From: Deltaproteobacteria bacterium
GTDB taxonomy: Bacteria; Desulfobacterota; GWC2-55-46
Length of the DNA: 47,819 bases
NCBI GenBank assembly: GCA_016219115.1
Contig: JACRCH010000007.1
Span: 1-47,819 of the forward strand
Direction of reading: 5' to 3'
This document shows, in pieces, positions 29,866 through 37,749 of the stretch. A program made the translations under genes and the position numbers. The notes beneath the pieces were generated by a model. The model searched no databases and was not told the origin of the DNA. It was given only the letters and a program-made list of their open reading frames with translations. Position 1 is the stretch's first letter. Each line of letters starts with the position of its first letter.

Positions 29866-31164
29866 GTGATAGAACGGTACTCCAGGGATCGGATGGCCCG
29901 CATCTGGGAGCCTCAAAACAGGTTCCGGAAATGGCTCGATGTCGAGATCGCGGCCTGCGAGGCGTGGGCGAAGCTCGGGAAGATCCCCAAAAAGTCTCTC
30001 GATACCATCAAAAAGAAGGCCGCCTTCGACATCAAGCGTATCGACGAGATAGAAAAGACGGTCAAGCACGACGTCATCGCCTTTTTGACCTCGGTAGCTG
30101 AGTTCGTCGGCCCTGATTCGCGCTACATACACATGGGCCTTACCTCTTCCGACATCCTCGACACCTCGCTGGCGCTTCTTTTGAGGGAGGCCGCCGGGCT
30201 CATAATCGAGGACATATCGGGGCTTCTAGCGGTCCTTAAGAAAAAGGCGTACGACCACAAGGACACGCCGATGATGGGCCGCTCCCACGGAATACACGCC
30301 GAGCCGATAACATTCGGCCTCAAGATGGCCCTATGGTACGACGAGATGGGCAGAAACCTTGAGAGGATGGAGAGGGCGCGGGAGGTCATCTCCTGCGGGA
30401 AGCTCTCCGGGGCTGTCGGCACCTTTTCAAGTATCGACCCGGCGGTTGAACGGTATGTGCTCAAAAAGCTCGGTCTTAAGCCCGAGCTTGTCGCCACCCA
30501 GGTGGTGCACAGGGACAGGCACGCCGAGTTCTTCACCACGCTTGCCATAGTAGCCTCATCCCTTGAGAAGTTCGCGGTGGAGATAAGACACCTGCAGAGG
30601 ACCGAGGTCCTTGAGGCCGAGGAGCCTTTTACCGAGGGGCAGAAGGGCTCTTCAGCCATGCCTCACAAGAGAAACCCGATATTGTCCGAGAACCTAACGG
30701 GCCTGGCCAGACTCATCCGCGGATATTCCGCGGCCGCGATGGAGAACGTGGCCCTCTGGCACGAGAGAGACATAAGCCACTCGTCCGTCGAGAGGGTCAT
30801 TGCCCCGGACGCCACGATACTGCTGGACTTCATGCTGTCGAGGGCGACCGGCCTCATAAGAGACCTAGTGGTCTATCCCGAGAACATGCAGGCGAACATG
30901 GACAAACTTAAAGGCGTGGTATTCTCTCAGAAGGTGCTTTTGAAGCTTGTAGAGAAAGGGACGACGAGGGAAGAGGCCTACGCCATAGTCCAGAGGAGCG
31001 CCATGAAGGTCTGGGAGGGGCTCGGGGACTTCAAATCGCTTCTCCTTGAGGACAACCAGGTGATGAACTACCTCTCCGAAAAAGAGGTGAACGGGTGCTT
31101 TGACATAGGACCTTACCTCAAGAACGTGGACTACATCTTTAAAAGGACATTCGGCGGCAAGTAA
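29866..31164 (+). CDS. purB: Adenylosuccinate lyase
   Basis: MIERYS, HDV, GLTSSD, GSSAMPHKRNP. Confidence 0.97.
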   Translation: MIERYSRDRMARIWEPQNRFRKWLDVEIAACEAWAKLGKIPKKSLDTIKKKAAFDIKRIDEIEKTVKHDVIAFLTSVAEFVGPDSRYIHMGLTSSDILDTSLALLLREAAGLIIEDISGLLAVLKKKAYDHKDTPMMGRSHGIHAEPITFGLKMALWYDEMGRNLERMERAREVISCGKLSGAVGTFSSIDPAVERYVLKKLGLKPELVATQVVHRDRHAEFFTTLAIVASSLEKFAVEIRHLQRTEVLEAEEPFTEGQKGSSAMPHKRNPILSENLTGLARLIRGYSAAAMENVALWHERDISHSSVERVIAPDATILLDFMLSRATGLIRDLVVYPENMQANMDKLKGVVFSQKVLLKLVEKGTTREEAYAIVQRSAMKVWEGLGDFKSLLLEDNQVMNYLSEKEVNGCFDIGPYLKNVDYIFKRTFGGK

Positions 31165-31292
31165 GCCCGGGCGGATGGTTTCGGGAACGCCCGTAACAAA
31201 GCCGGCTGCCCCGGTGTCGTGAAGATAACATCAGCAGCCCTGAACCCAGGGAGAGGTCCCGGGCAGGGTTCATTTGTGGAGGACTTTTATAG

Positions 31293-31997
31293 ATGAAAAG
31301 ACTTGAGAAGCTTTACGAGGGCAAGGCAAAGGTACTGTACTCTACCGACAACCCGGACCTTTTGGTCCAGTACTTCAAGGATTCGGCCACGGCCTTTGAC
31401 GGCAGGAAGAAGGGGATAATCCGGGAGAAGGGGATACTTAACAACAAGATCTCCTCCCGGATATTCAGGTACCTCGAGTCCAAAGGCATAAAGACCCACT
31501 TCGTCGATATGCCCAGCGACAGGGAGATGGTCGTCAAGAGATTAAGGATCATCCCCATCGAGGTTGTCGTGAGGAACATCGCCGCAGGAAGCCTGTCAAA
31601 GAGGATGGGCGTGGACGAGGGCGCGCCCCTTAAGAACACGATCATCGAATTCTACTACAAGAGCGACCCGTTGGGCGACCCGATGATAAACGAGTACCAT
31701 ATAAAGGCCTTCGGGCTCGCGGAGAAGGCCGAGCTTAAGCAGATGGAAGACTCGGCGCTCAAGGTCAACAAGTACCTCTCGGAATTCTTCGACGAACGGG
31801 GTATAATACTCGTCGATTTCAAGCTCGAGTTCGGCGTGCACAGGGGTGAAGTGCTGCTCGGCGACGAGATAACCCCGGACGGCTGCCGCCTCTGGGACAA
31901 AGAGACGAAAGAGAAGATGGACAAGGACAGGTTCAGGCGCGACCTCGGCAAGGTCGAGGAGGCGTACCGGGAAGTACTAAAGAAGGTCATGGAGTGA
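31293..31997 (+). CDS. purC: SAICAR synthetase
   Basis: YEGKAK, PIEVVVRN, VDFKLEFG, DEITPD, DKDRFR. Confidence 0.97.
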   Translation: MKRLEKLYEGKAKVLYSTDNPDLLVQYFKDSATAFDGRKKGIIREKGILNNKISSRIFRYLESKGIKTHFVDMPSDREMVVKRLRIIPIEVVVRNIAAGSLSKRMGVDEGAPLKNTIIEFYYKSDPLGDPMINEYHIKAFGLAEKAELKQMEDSALKVNKYLSEFFDERGIILVDFKLEFGVHRGEVLLGDEITPDGCRLWDKETKEKMDKDRFRRDLGKVEEAYREVLKKVME

Positions 31998-32002
31998 ACG
32001 AG

Positions 32003-32242
32003 ATGAAGGCAAAAGTCTATGTGACCCTTAAAAAGGGCGTTCTCGACCCGCAGGGCAAGGCCGTGATGGGCGCGCTCAAGTCGATGAAGTTCGACGAGGT
32101 AAAGGACGTCAGGGTCGGCAAATTCATGGAGCTTGAGCTTAACGGCGCTTCGAAGGCCGATGAGGAGAAGAGGCTCAAGGAGATGTGCGAGAGACTGCTG
32201 GCCAATACCGTCATAGAAAACTACAGGATCGAGATCGAATAG
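32003..32242 (+). CDS. purS: FGAM synthase subunit PurS
   Basis: LDPQGKAV, VRVGK, LLANTVIENY. Confidence 0.95.
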   Translation: MKAKVYVTLKKGVLDPQGKAVMGALKSMKFDEVKDVRVGKFMELELNGASKADEEKRLKEMCERLLANTVIENYRIEIE

Positions 32243-32267
32243 GCCCGCCATCGGGTGTTTCGCCGTG

Positions 32268-32370
32268 GTTTTAATATTTCCTTCGGGTTGAATTAAGCGC
32301 GGCTTGCCGCGTATATAAAAACAGATTTCCCTTTGGGCACCCCGCTGGCAAGGCTTGCGGGGCGGTTCAT
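32268..32370 (+). repeat. Uninterrupted Y+B module (putative empty-site version)
   Basis: TAATATTTCCTTCGGGTTGAATTAAGCGCGGCTTGCCGCGTATATAAAAACAGA...GCAAGGCTTGCGGGGCGGTTCAT; the same pieces are separated by insertions at 13.0 and 40.7 kb. Confidence 0.9.
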
Positions 32371-32402
32371 GACCGTCAAAAAACAAGAAGAGGTCTAATC
32401 AG

Positions 32403-33134
32403 GTGAAGTTCGGGATAATAGTATTTCCTGGTTCCAACTGCGACCACGACTGCTACCACGCGGTAAAGCACGTATTCTCCCAGAAGGCCGACTACGTATG
32501 GCACAAGGATACCGGGCTCAAGGGCTTTGACTGCCTGATACTTCCCGGAGGGTTCTCCTACGGCGATTACCTGAGGACCGGGGCCATAGCGCGCTTCTCC
32601 CCGGTCATGAACGAGGTCGTCTCTTTCGCCAAAAAGGGCGGCCTAGTACTCGGCATCTGCAACGGCTTTCAGATACTTACCGAGGCGGGCTTGCTGCCGG
32701 GGGTCCTCATGAGGAACCGGGACTTGAAGTTCATCTGCAAGCAGACCTATCTCAGGGTGGAGAACAACAGGACGGCCTTTACCTCTTCATACGGGGAAGG
32801 CTCCGTGGTCAAAATCCCGATAGCGCACGCCGACGGGAACTACTACGCCGACCCCGATACCATAACGGCCCTTGAGGACAACGGACGGGTGGTCTTGAGG
32901 TACTCGACTTCCGACGGACAGGCCGCTCCTGAGGCCAACCCGAACGGCTCCCTGAACAATATCGCCGGCATAACGAACGAGGCCGGAAATGTCCTTGGCA
33001 TGATGCCGCACCCGGAGAGGGCCGCCGAGGCGGAATTAGGCTCGACCGACGGCAGAGGGGTGTTTGAGTCGATAATACACGCTTTTTCAGACTGCTGTAA
33101 AGACCACCGTCACGGGCACAAGACCCATAGTTGA
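32403..33134 (+). CDS. purQ: FGAM synthase subunit PurQ
   Basis: [31 protein letters not shown]. Confidence 0.97.
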   Translation: MKFGIIVFPGSNCDHDCYHAVKHVFSQKADYVWHKDTGLKGFDCLILPGGFSYGDYLRTGAIARFSPVMNEVVSFAKKGGLVLGICNGFQILTEAGLLPGVLMRNRDLKFICKQTYLRVENNRTAFTSSYGEGSVVKIPIAHADGNYYADPDTITALEDNGRVVLRYSTSDGQAAPEANPNGSLNNIAGITNEAGNVLGMMPHPERAAEAELGSTDGRGVFESIIHAFSDCCKDHRHGHKTHS

Positions 33135-33167
33135 CGGCGGTTAAAAATAAAAGGGACAAGACGCGTA

Positions 33168-34037
33168 ATGCCTGAAAAGTCGCTTAAAGAAGAGATCGCA
33201 TCCGGCAGGTTCGTCATAACGGCCGAGATATGCCCCCCCAAGGGCGCCGACACGGCGGACTTCGTTCATAAGGCTCGGCTTCTTAAAAACAGGATAGCCG
33301 CCGCAAACGTGACCGACAACCAGAGGGCGGTGATGAGGCTCTCGTCGCTCGCCTGCTCGGTCCTGCTTTTACGGGAAGGCATAGACCCGGTCTTCCAGAT
33401 GACATGCAGGGACAGAAACCGTCTCGCCTTGCAGTCGGATATACTCGGGGCGTGGGCCCTGGGGGTCAAAAACATTCTGGCGCTGACCGGCGACCATGTC
33501 TCTTTCGGGGACCACAGGGAAGCGAAAGCCGTCTTCGATGTGGACTCCGTGCAACTCGTCGGCCTCATCGAGGGGCTCAACCGCGGCAGGAACATGAAGG
33601 ACAAGGAACTCAGGGGAAGGACCGATTTTCTCATAGGCGCGGTCGTCGCCCCGGAGGCCAACCCGTGGGAGCCGGAGGAGATAAAGTTTGAAAAGAAGAT
33701 AGCCGCCGGGGCCCGGTTCTTTCAGACCCAGGCGATCTATAATATGGACAAGTTCAAGAGGTTCTTCGACGTCGCCTCTAAAAGCGACGTGAAGATACTC
33801 GGCGGCATCCTTCTTTTGAAATCCGCCAGGATGGCGAACTATCTTAACACCAATGTCCCTGGCGTCCATGTGCCTCAGAACCTCATAGACGAGCTTGAGG
33901 GGGCCGCCGACCAGCTCGAGAAGGGGATAGAAATAGCCTCAAGGCAGCTTAAGGAGCTTAAGTCCTTCTGCCATGGCGCCCACATCATGGCCATCGGCCT
34001 GGAGGAGAGCGTCGTCAGGATAATAGAGGGGGCTTGA
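33168..34037 (+). CDS. metF: Methylenetetrahydrofolate reductase
   Basis: EICPPKG, NVTDN, TCRDRNR, LTGD, FQTQ. Confidence 0.9.
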   Translation: MPEKSLKEEIASGRFVITAEICPPKGADTADFVHKARLLKNRIAAANVTDNQRAVMRLSSLACSVLLLREGIDPVFQMTCRDRNRLALQSDILGAWALGVKNILALTGDHVSFGDHREAKAVFDVDSVQLVGLIEGLNRGRNMKDKELRGRTDFLIGAVVAPEANPWEPEEIKFEKKIAAGARFFQTQAIYNMDKFKRFFDVASKSDVKILGGILLLKSARMANYLNTNVPGVHVPQNLIDELEGAADQLEKGIEIASRQLKELKSFCHGAHIMAIGLEESVVRIIEGA

Positions 34038-34056
34038 GCCATGCCCAAACACTATG

Positions 34057-34096
34057 AAGTTAAAAAGGGCAACCTGACGGTTGCCCTTTTTAACTT
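34057..34096. terminator. Bidirectional intrinsic terminator
   Basis: Perfect 18-bp inverted repeat AAGTTAAAAAGGGCAACC-TGAC-GGTTGCCCTTTTTAACTT between convergent genes. Confidence 0.85.
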
Positions 34097-34144
34097 GTGA
34101 TTCCACTCGGCAAGGCTTGCGGGGTTCATTCATTTAACGCTTTC

Positions 34145-34621
34145 TTATCCGATGTTCTTCCCGTCTTCCGCCTCAGGCTCGTCATCCGCCGTTATCTCGA
34201 ACTCATCTTCTTCCGGAGGGGCCGCTGTAGCGCTTACGGCCTCACCGGCGGCTGAGTTTTCTTCTTTCGGAACCGGTTTGGCAACTGCCCCCGGTTTCGC
34301 CGTAAGCGCCCCGGCGGCTAAATATACGGCCTCGTCAATACCTGTGTTTTCGAGATAGAGGGTGTCGGCCTCTTTCGCGTGGAAAGCCTCTCCGGCCGTG
34401 ACGGAAAAGGATGATCTGCCATGCTTGACCTTCAAGGCGCCTTTCACGACGCATATGATCTCTTCATGCCCGGCGGCGCACGCGACCTTGCGCGCGGCCT
34501 CACCGGGCCTTATCTTGCCGTAGACCAGATAAACGGAGGCTGCGCTGGAGTTCTCAGGCCCGAGACGGAACTCGGAAGTGGGGGTCGAGTCCGCCAGCTG
34601 CGGTAGTTTATATATCTTCAT
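34145..34621 (-). CDS. Cupin-like protein with acidic low-complexity tail
   Basis: GHEEIICVVKG..GEAFH..LENTG beta-barrel pattern; ATG overlaps the upstream stop (ATGA). Confidence 0.65.
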   Translation of the reverse strand: MKIYKLPQLADSTPTSEFRLGPENSSAASVYLVYGKIRPGEAARKVACAAGHEEIICVVKGALKVKHGRSSFSVTAGEAFHAKEADTLYLENTGIDEAVYLAAGALTAKPGAVAKPVPKEENSAAGEAVSATAAPPEEDEFEITADDEPEAEDGKNIG

Positions 34622-34818
34622 GCCATCGATTCCATCGAGTCCCTGAAGTGGGCGATAAAGTCCTCGCCGTGCATCGGCCTCAAGATTATCCATTTTTTCT
34701 TCTTATCCAGCCGCAGTTCCACCTCCGCGCCGGGTATAAGCTCCAGATACCTTAAAAACTCTTCGGGAAGAGCCACGCCTTCTTTATCCTTTTTTATACG
34801 GATTATCTTTTCCTTCAT
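34618..34818 (-). CDS. AbrB/MazE/SpoVT-like small DNA-binding protein
   Basis: GVALPEEFLRYLELIPGAEVEL..IILRP swapped-hairpin pattern; AGGGAG RBS. Confidence 0.72.
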   Translation of the reverse strand: MKEKIIRIKKDKEGVALPEEFLRYLELIPGAEVELRLDKKKKWIILRPMHGEDFIAHFRDSMESMA

Positions 34819-34890
34819 GAGGATCTCCCTTTTAGGCCGTTCTTTAACATGAGTTCTGATTGAACTTTCTCGCGCTGCGGCGATTCGGTT

Positions 34891-34907
34891 TGCAAATAGG
34901 GTGCCAA
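34891..34907 (-). promoter_or_regulatory. sigma54 (-24/-12) promoter
   Basis: Minus strand TTGGCAC-CCTAT-TTGCA, canonical spacing, about 70 bp upstream of the AbrB-like gene. Confidence 0.7.
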
Positions 34908-34914
34908 CTCCTAT

Positions 34915-34943
34915 ATATTAAGTTCATACGCCTGTTGAGTCAA
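34915..34943 (-). promoter_or_regulatory. sigma70-like promoter upstream of the sigma54 site
   Basis: Minus strand TTGACT-17 bp-TAATAT. Confidence 0.45.
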
Positions 34944-35012
34944 GCCAATTTGTGCGCAATCTCCGTTTGCGATGAGAAAAAGAGCCGGAATTCCGCGGGT
35001 AATCCTGCTGTC

Positions 35013-35040
35013 TTGACAAAAAAAATCCAGGGTGTATGAT
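35013..35040 (+). promoter_or_regulatory. sigma70 promoter for HAMP/thermonuclease genes
   Basis: TTGACA-16 bp-TATGAT. Confidence 0.55.
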
Positions 35041-35065
35041 ATCTTTTGAAATCGAGGGGTTACGG

Positions 35066-35614
35066 ATGCACAAAGATGAGCCTTCAAAACTGACAAGACC
35101 GTTCAAACAGAGGTACTTCGCCACCAGAGACCTGCAGTTCTCCGTGGCCCTGCTGGTAGTGCTGGCGCTTTTGGGCGGCATATTCCTCCAGACCTTCTCC
35201 TCGGCATTGCTGAGCAGTTACGGCTCCAGCACCCCGGTCCTGGGGGTGTTCCTGATAATCGGCTATTTTATGATAGTGGTGCTGCTGGCCGTCTTTTTTA
35301 CGCACCGGCTTGTTGGGCCTTTCAAGAGGCTTGAGTACGAGATGAAGCTGATATCCTCTGGGGAACTCTCCAAAAGGCTCTCCATCAGGTCCCAAGACGA
35401 CCTTCACATAAGGAACTTCGTCAAATACAACAATAATTTCATCTCCAAGTTCGAGGAGATGAGCAAGGAGTACAACAGGCTCAACAGCACCGTTGAGAAA
35501 AATATGGAAGAAATCAGCAACGAGCTTGCAAAAGAAAATTTCGACTGCGCCAGGGTCAGGGCCGAGATATCCGCCCTCCAGAAAGAGATACGCGAGTTCA
35601 GAGAAAAATGGTGA
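35066..35614 (+). CDS. Two-TM HAMP-domain protein without output domain
   Basis: Two TMs then THRLVGPFKRL..GELSKRLSIRSQDD HAMP and a short coiled coil; GAGGGG RBS. Confidence 0.75.
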   Translation: MHKDEPSKLTRPFKQRYFATRDLQFSVALLVVLALLGGIFLQTFSSALLSSYGSSTPVLGVFLIIGYFMIVVLLAVFFTHRLVGPFKRLEYEMKLISSGELSKRLSIRSQDDLHIRNFVKYNNNFISKFEEMSKEYNRLNSTVEKNMEEISNELAKENFDCARVRAEISALQKEIREFREKW

Positions 35615-35645
35615 TCCCGCTCCCGCTCCCGCTCTTAAACCCCCG

Positions 35646-36437
35646 ATGATGAACCTTTTGCGCCGTTACTTCCTTGTACCTCTGTCCGTATCGGCTTTCA
35701 CGGTCCTTTTGCCTCTTTGCCCTCAAGCCGGAGCCGCCGGGGGTTATTTTTTCGTCGAGCATGTCATCGACGGCGACACCGTAGTTATCGAAGGCGGAGA
35801 GAAGGTCCGCTACATCGGGATGGACACCCCGGAGGCCGGAGAACCGTTCTACGGAGAGGCTAAGAAAAGGAACAGCAACCTTGTCGGCGGCAGGAGAGTA
35901 AGGTTTGTATTCTGCGAAGCGCAGAAGAGGGACAAGTACGGAAGGCTCCTGGCGTGGGTATACGCTGACGGGGTCTTCGTCAACGAAATACTTGTAAAGG
36001 AAGGGCTCGCCAGAAAATTCCCGGTCCCTCCGTGCGGGCTTGAAAAGTCCGCTGAGTTCAGGAGGGCCGAAGACGAGGCCAGGGTCAAAAAGCTCGGGCT
36101 CTGGAGCGCCGGGGCGGCCACAGCCGCCGAGAGATACAGGGAAGGCATTAAGACCATAGCCCCTTCAGGGGCCTCGGGTTTTATCGGGCAAAGGGTAAAT
36201 GTCAGGGGGACCGTCAGGGCCGTAAAGAAGAGAAGGGATGGCGTCTTTCTTGATTTCGGCGGGAAGGACGGCTTCAGCGCCGTAATATTCAAAGACCTGC
36301 TTAAGGACTTGAAAGAAGCAGGCGTAGACCCGATGAGGTTCAAGGGAAGGGCGCTGACCGTGACCGGGCTGGTAAAAGCGTACCGGGGACGCCCGGAGAT
36401 AGTGTTGAAGAAACCCTCCGATATAAAAGAGGAGTAA
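35646..36437 (+). CDS. Secreted thermonuclease (SNase) with C-terminal OB-fold-like domain
   Basis: Signal peptide, VIDGDT, VRYIGMDTPE, DKYGRLLAWV, KLGLW; C-terminal beta-rich domain ending YRGRPEI. Confidence 0.85.
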   Translation: MMNLLRRYFLVPLSVSAFTVLLPLCPQAGAAGGYFFVEHVIDGDTVVIEGGEKVRYIGMDTPEAGEPFYGEAKKRNSNLVGGRRVRFVFCEAQKRDKYGRLLAWVYADGVFVNEILVKEGLARKFPVPPCGLEKSAEFRRAEDEARVKKLGLWSAGAATAAERYREGIKTIAPSGASGFIGQRVNVRGTVRAVKKRRDGVFLDFGGKDGFSAVIFKDLLKDLKEAGVDPMRFKGRALTVTGLVKAYRGRPEIVLKKPSDIKEE

Positions 36438-36468
36438 GTGGAATAACAGGGCTAAAAGGGTTTTTATC

Positions 36469-36498
36469 TTGACAAAAGCGACCCCGGCTTATTATAGT
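36469..36498 (+). promoter_or_regulatory. sigma70 promoter of tRNA-Cys
   Basis: TTGACA-18 bp-TATAGT directly upstream of the tRNA. Confidence 0.65.
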
Positions 36499-36514
36499 GT
36501 TTGTCTGACACTCG

Positions 36515-36589
36515 GGCGGCGTACCCAAGTGGTAAGGGAGCAGTCTGCAAAACTGCCATTCAGCGGTTCGAATCCGCTCGCCGCCTCCA
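36515..36589 (+). tRNA. tRNA-Cys (GCA)
   Basis: Acceptor GGCGGCG/CGCCGCC, anticodon arm GCAGT-CTGCAAA-ACTGC, T loop TTCGAAT, U73 discriminator, encoded CCA. Confidence 0.97.
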
Positions 36590-36653
36590 ATTCTTTCCAA
36601 CCGCTTGATTCTCCTTGGTTTTAAGCCTCCCTTTTAAGCCAGTTGTTCTCTAC

Positions 36654-36764
36654 GCGGGTTCAGGTTTGTAACCTGAACCATTTTATTCCCTGCTAAACCT
36701 CGATCTATATCAATCCGTAGAAGGCTCTCGAATTTTCCGGTTCAATTTATAAAATTGAACCCGC
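36654..36764. repeat. Inverted doublet of 23-bp palindromes (REP/REPIN-like)
   Basis: GCGGGTTCAGGTTTGTAACCTGAACC (36654-36679) and, on the minus strand, GCGGGTTCAATTTTATAAATTGAACC (36764-36739). Confidence 0.75.
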
Positions 36765-36805
36765 AAGGAGAAAGATTAACTACGGGATATTCGATTCTCT
36801 CTATT

Positions 36806-37066
36806 TAAGGACTTTTTACGCCCTGCCTGGCGTTTCTTGGGGGTAGGGTTCTGGCCTTTCTGCCTCCCCAGCCCCATCGCTCGCCACTTAGGTCGCTTAA
36901 GCTCCCCGCTCCCCGGCTCGCTCCCACCGTGCGGTGGCAATTTTTTAAAGCATCATCAAGCAAAGAGATGTCGTCGGTTATATGGTCAGCTTTAAATTCG
37001 CCGTGCGCTTTTCCCCCTCTCTTAGGCGGCCTCACCCTACGCCCCGCTGGGTTCGGGAAGACAAAA
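36806..37066 (+). repeat. Module D copy 1 (with about 85-bp internal insertion)
   Basis: Aligns with 43281-43458: GGGGGTAGGGTTCT...TTAGGTCGCT...CGGCTCGCTCCC and CTTAGGCGGCCTCACCCTACGCCCCGCTGGGTT.GGGAAGACAAAA. Confidence 0.85.
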
Positions 37067-37129
37067 CTCGAAAATCGAGAAGTATATTTTTTTAATCCCT
37101 CTTCGATCCCTGATTGGAACAACCTGTTT

Positions 37130-37567
37130 CTACGGCTTGACCGTATTGTAAAAGGCATCGATATTGCTCTTAATGGCAGGCACCGCAACACTCCCGGAGC
37201 AACGGAGTATCGTAAGGAGCTTGCCCACATATACAACCTCTTCGGAATTCAAAACCGCATACCCAGTTGCCGCGTAATGACTGCCGTTATCCCTGTCGAC
37301 GTTCGTTTCTACCAGAGCGATCGCGCAGACCCTGTTTAAAGGACCCGCTGCGTTGGACATCTCGCCCAGGCCCGTCAACAGCCAATCGATGGAGATATTA
37401 TAGGTCTCGGCGAACTTGAATATCAGCCTTGGCGGTATCTCACCTTTTTTCTTGTAGTTCGAGATAGCCTGAGGTGACAGGCCCACGGCCTTTGCCAGTT
37501 CAGACCAGTTTTTCAGCTTCCCTGCCCTCAACATCCTTTCCAACAGCTCAGGTTTCTTAAGCAGCAT
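37130..37567 (-). CDS. Phage CI-like HTH repressor with short unknown C-terminal domain
   Basis: SELAKAVGLSPQAISNYKKKG..P HTH and ISIDWLLTG.GEM signature; GGAGG RBS. Confidence 0.85.
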   Translation of the reverse strand: MLLKKPELLERMLRAGKLKNWSELAKAVGLSPQAISNYKKKGEIPPRLIFKFAETYNISIDWLLTGLGEMSNAAGPLNRVCAIALVETNVDRDNGSHYAATGYAVLNSEEVVYVGKLLTILRCSGSVAVPAIKSNIDAFYNTVKP

Positions 37568-37628
37568 ATCTTTCTCCTCCCCTGGATTTAGAATTTTGGT
37601 CTTAATGCCTGGAATTCAAAAAGTTCAG

Positions 37629-37658
37629 TTGACGGTATCCGGTATTAAATGCTATAAA
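37629..37658 (+). promoter_or_regulatory. Rightward promoter for XRE-S24 gene
   Basis: TTGACG-18 bp-TATAAA with TG extension. Confidence 0.55.
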
Positions 37659-37694
37659 AAGTGTACTTTGTAATTGGATAGGTATTATTACGCC

Positions 37695-37722
37695 ATTTTA
37701 CTGAATTGCGTAAAATTGTCAA
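37695..37722 (-). promoter_or_regulatory. Leftward promoter for CI-like gene, overlapped by palindromic operator candidate
   Basis: Minus strand TTGACA-16 bp-TAAAAT; inverted repeat ATTTTAC-N8-GTAAAAT at 37695-37716. Confidence 0.55.
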
Positions 37723-37749
37723 GAGATATTTTTATATCAGTGTGAATTT

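Noticed and set aside
31165-31292. Known purine-pathway riboswitch (ZTP, PRPP/ykkC, guanine)
   Set aside because: Diagnostic conserved nucleotides not found by eye; kept only as an unclassified structured leader
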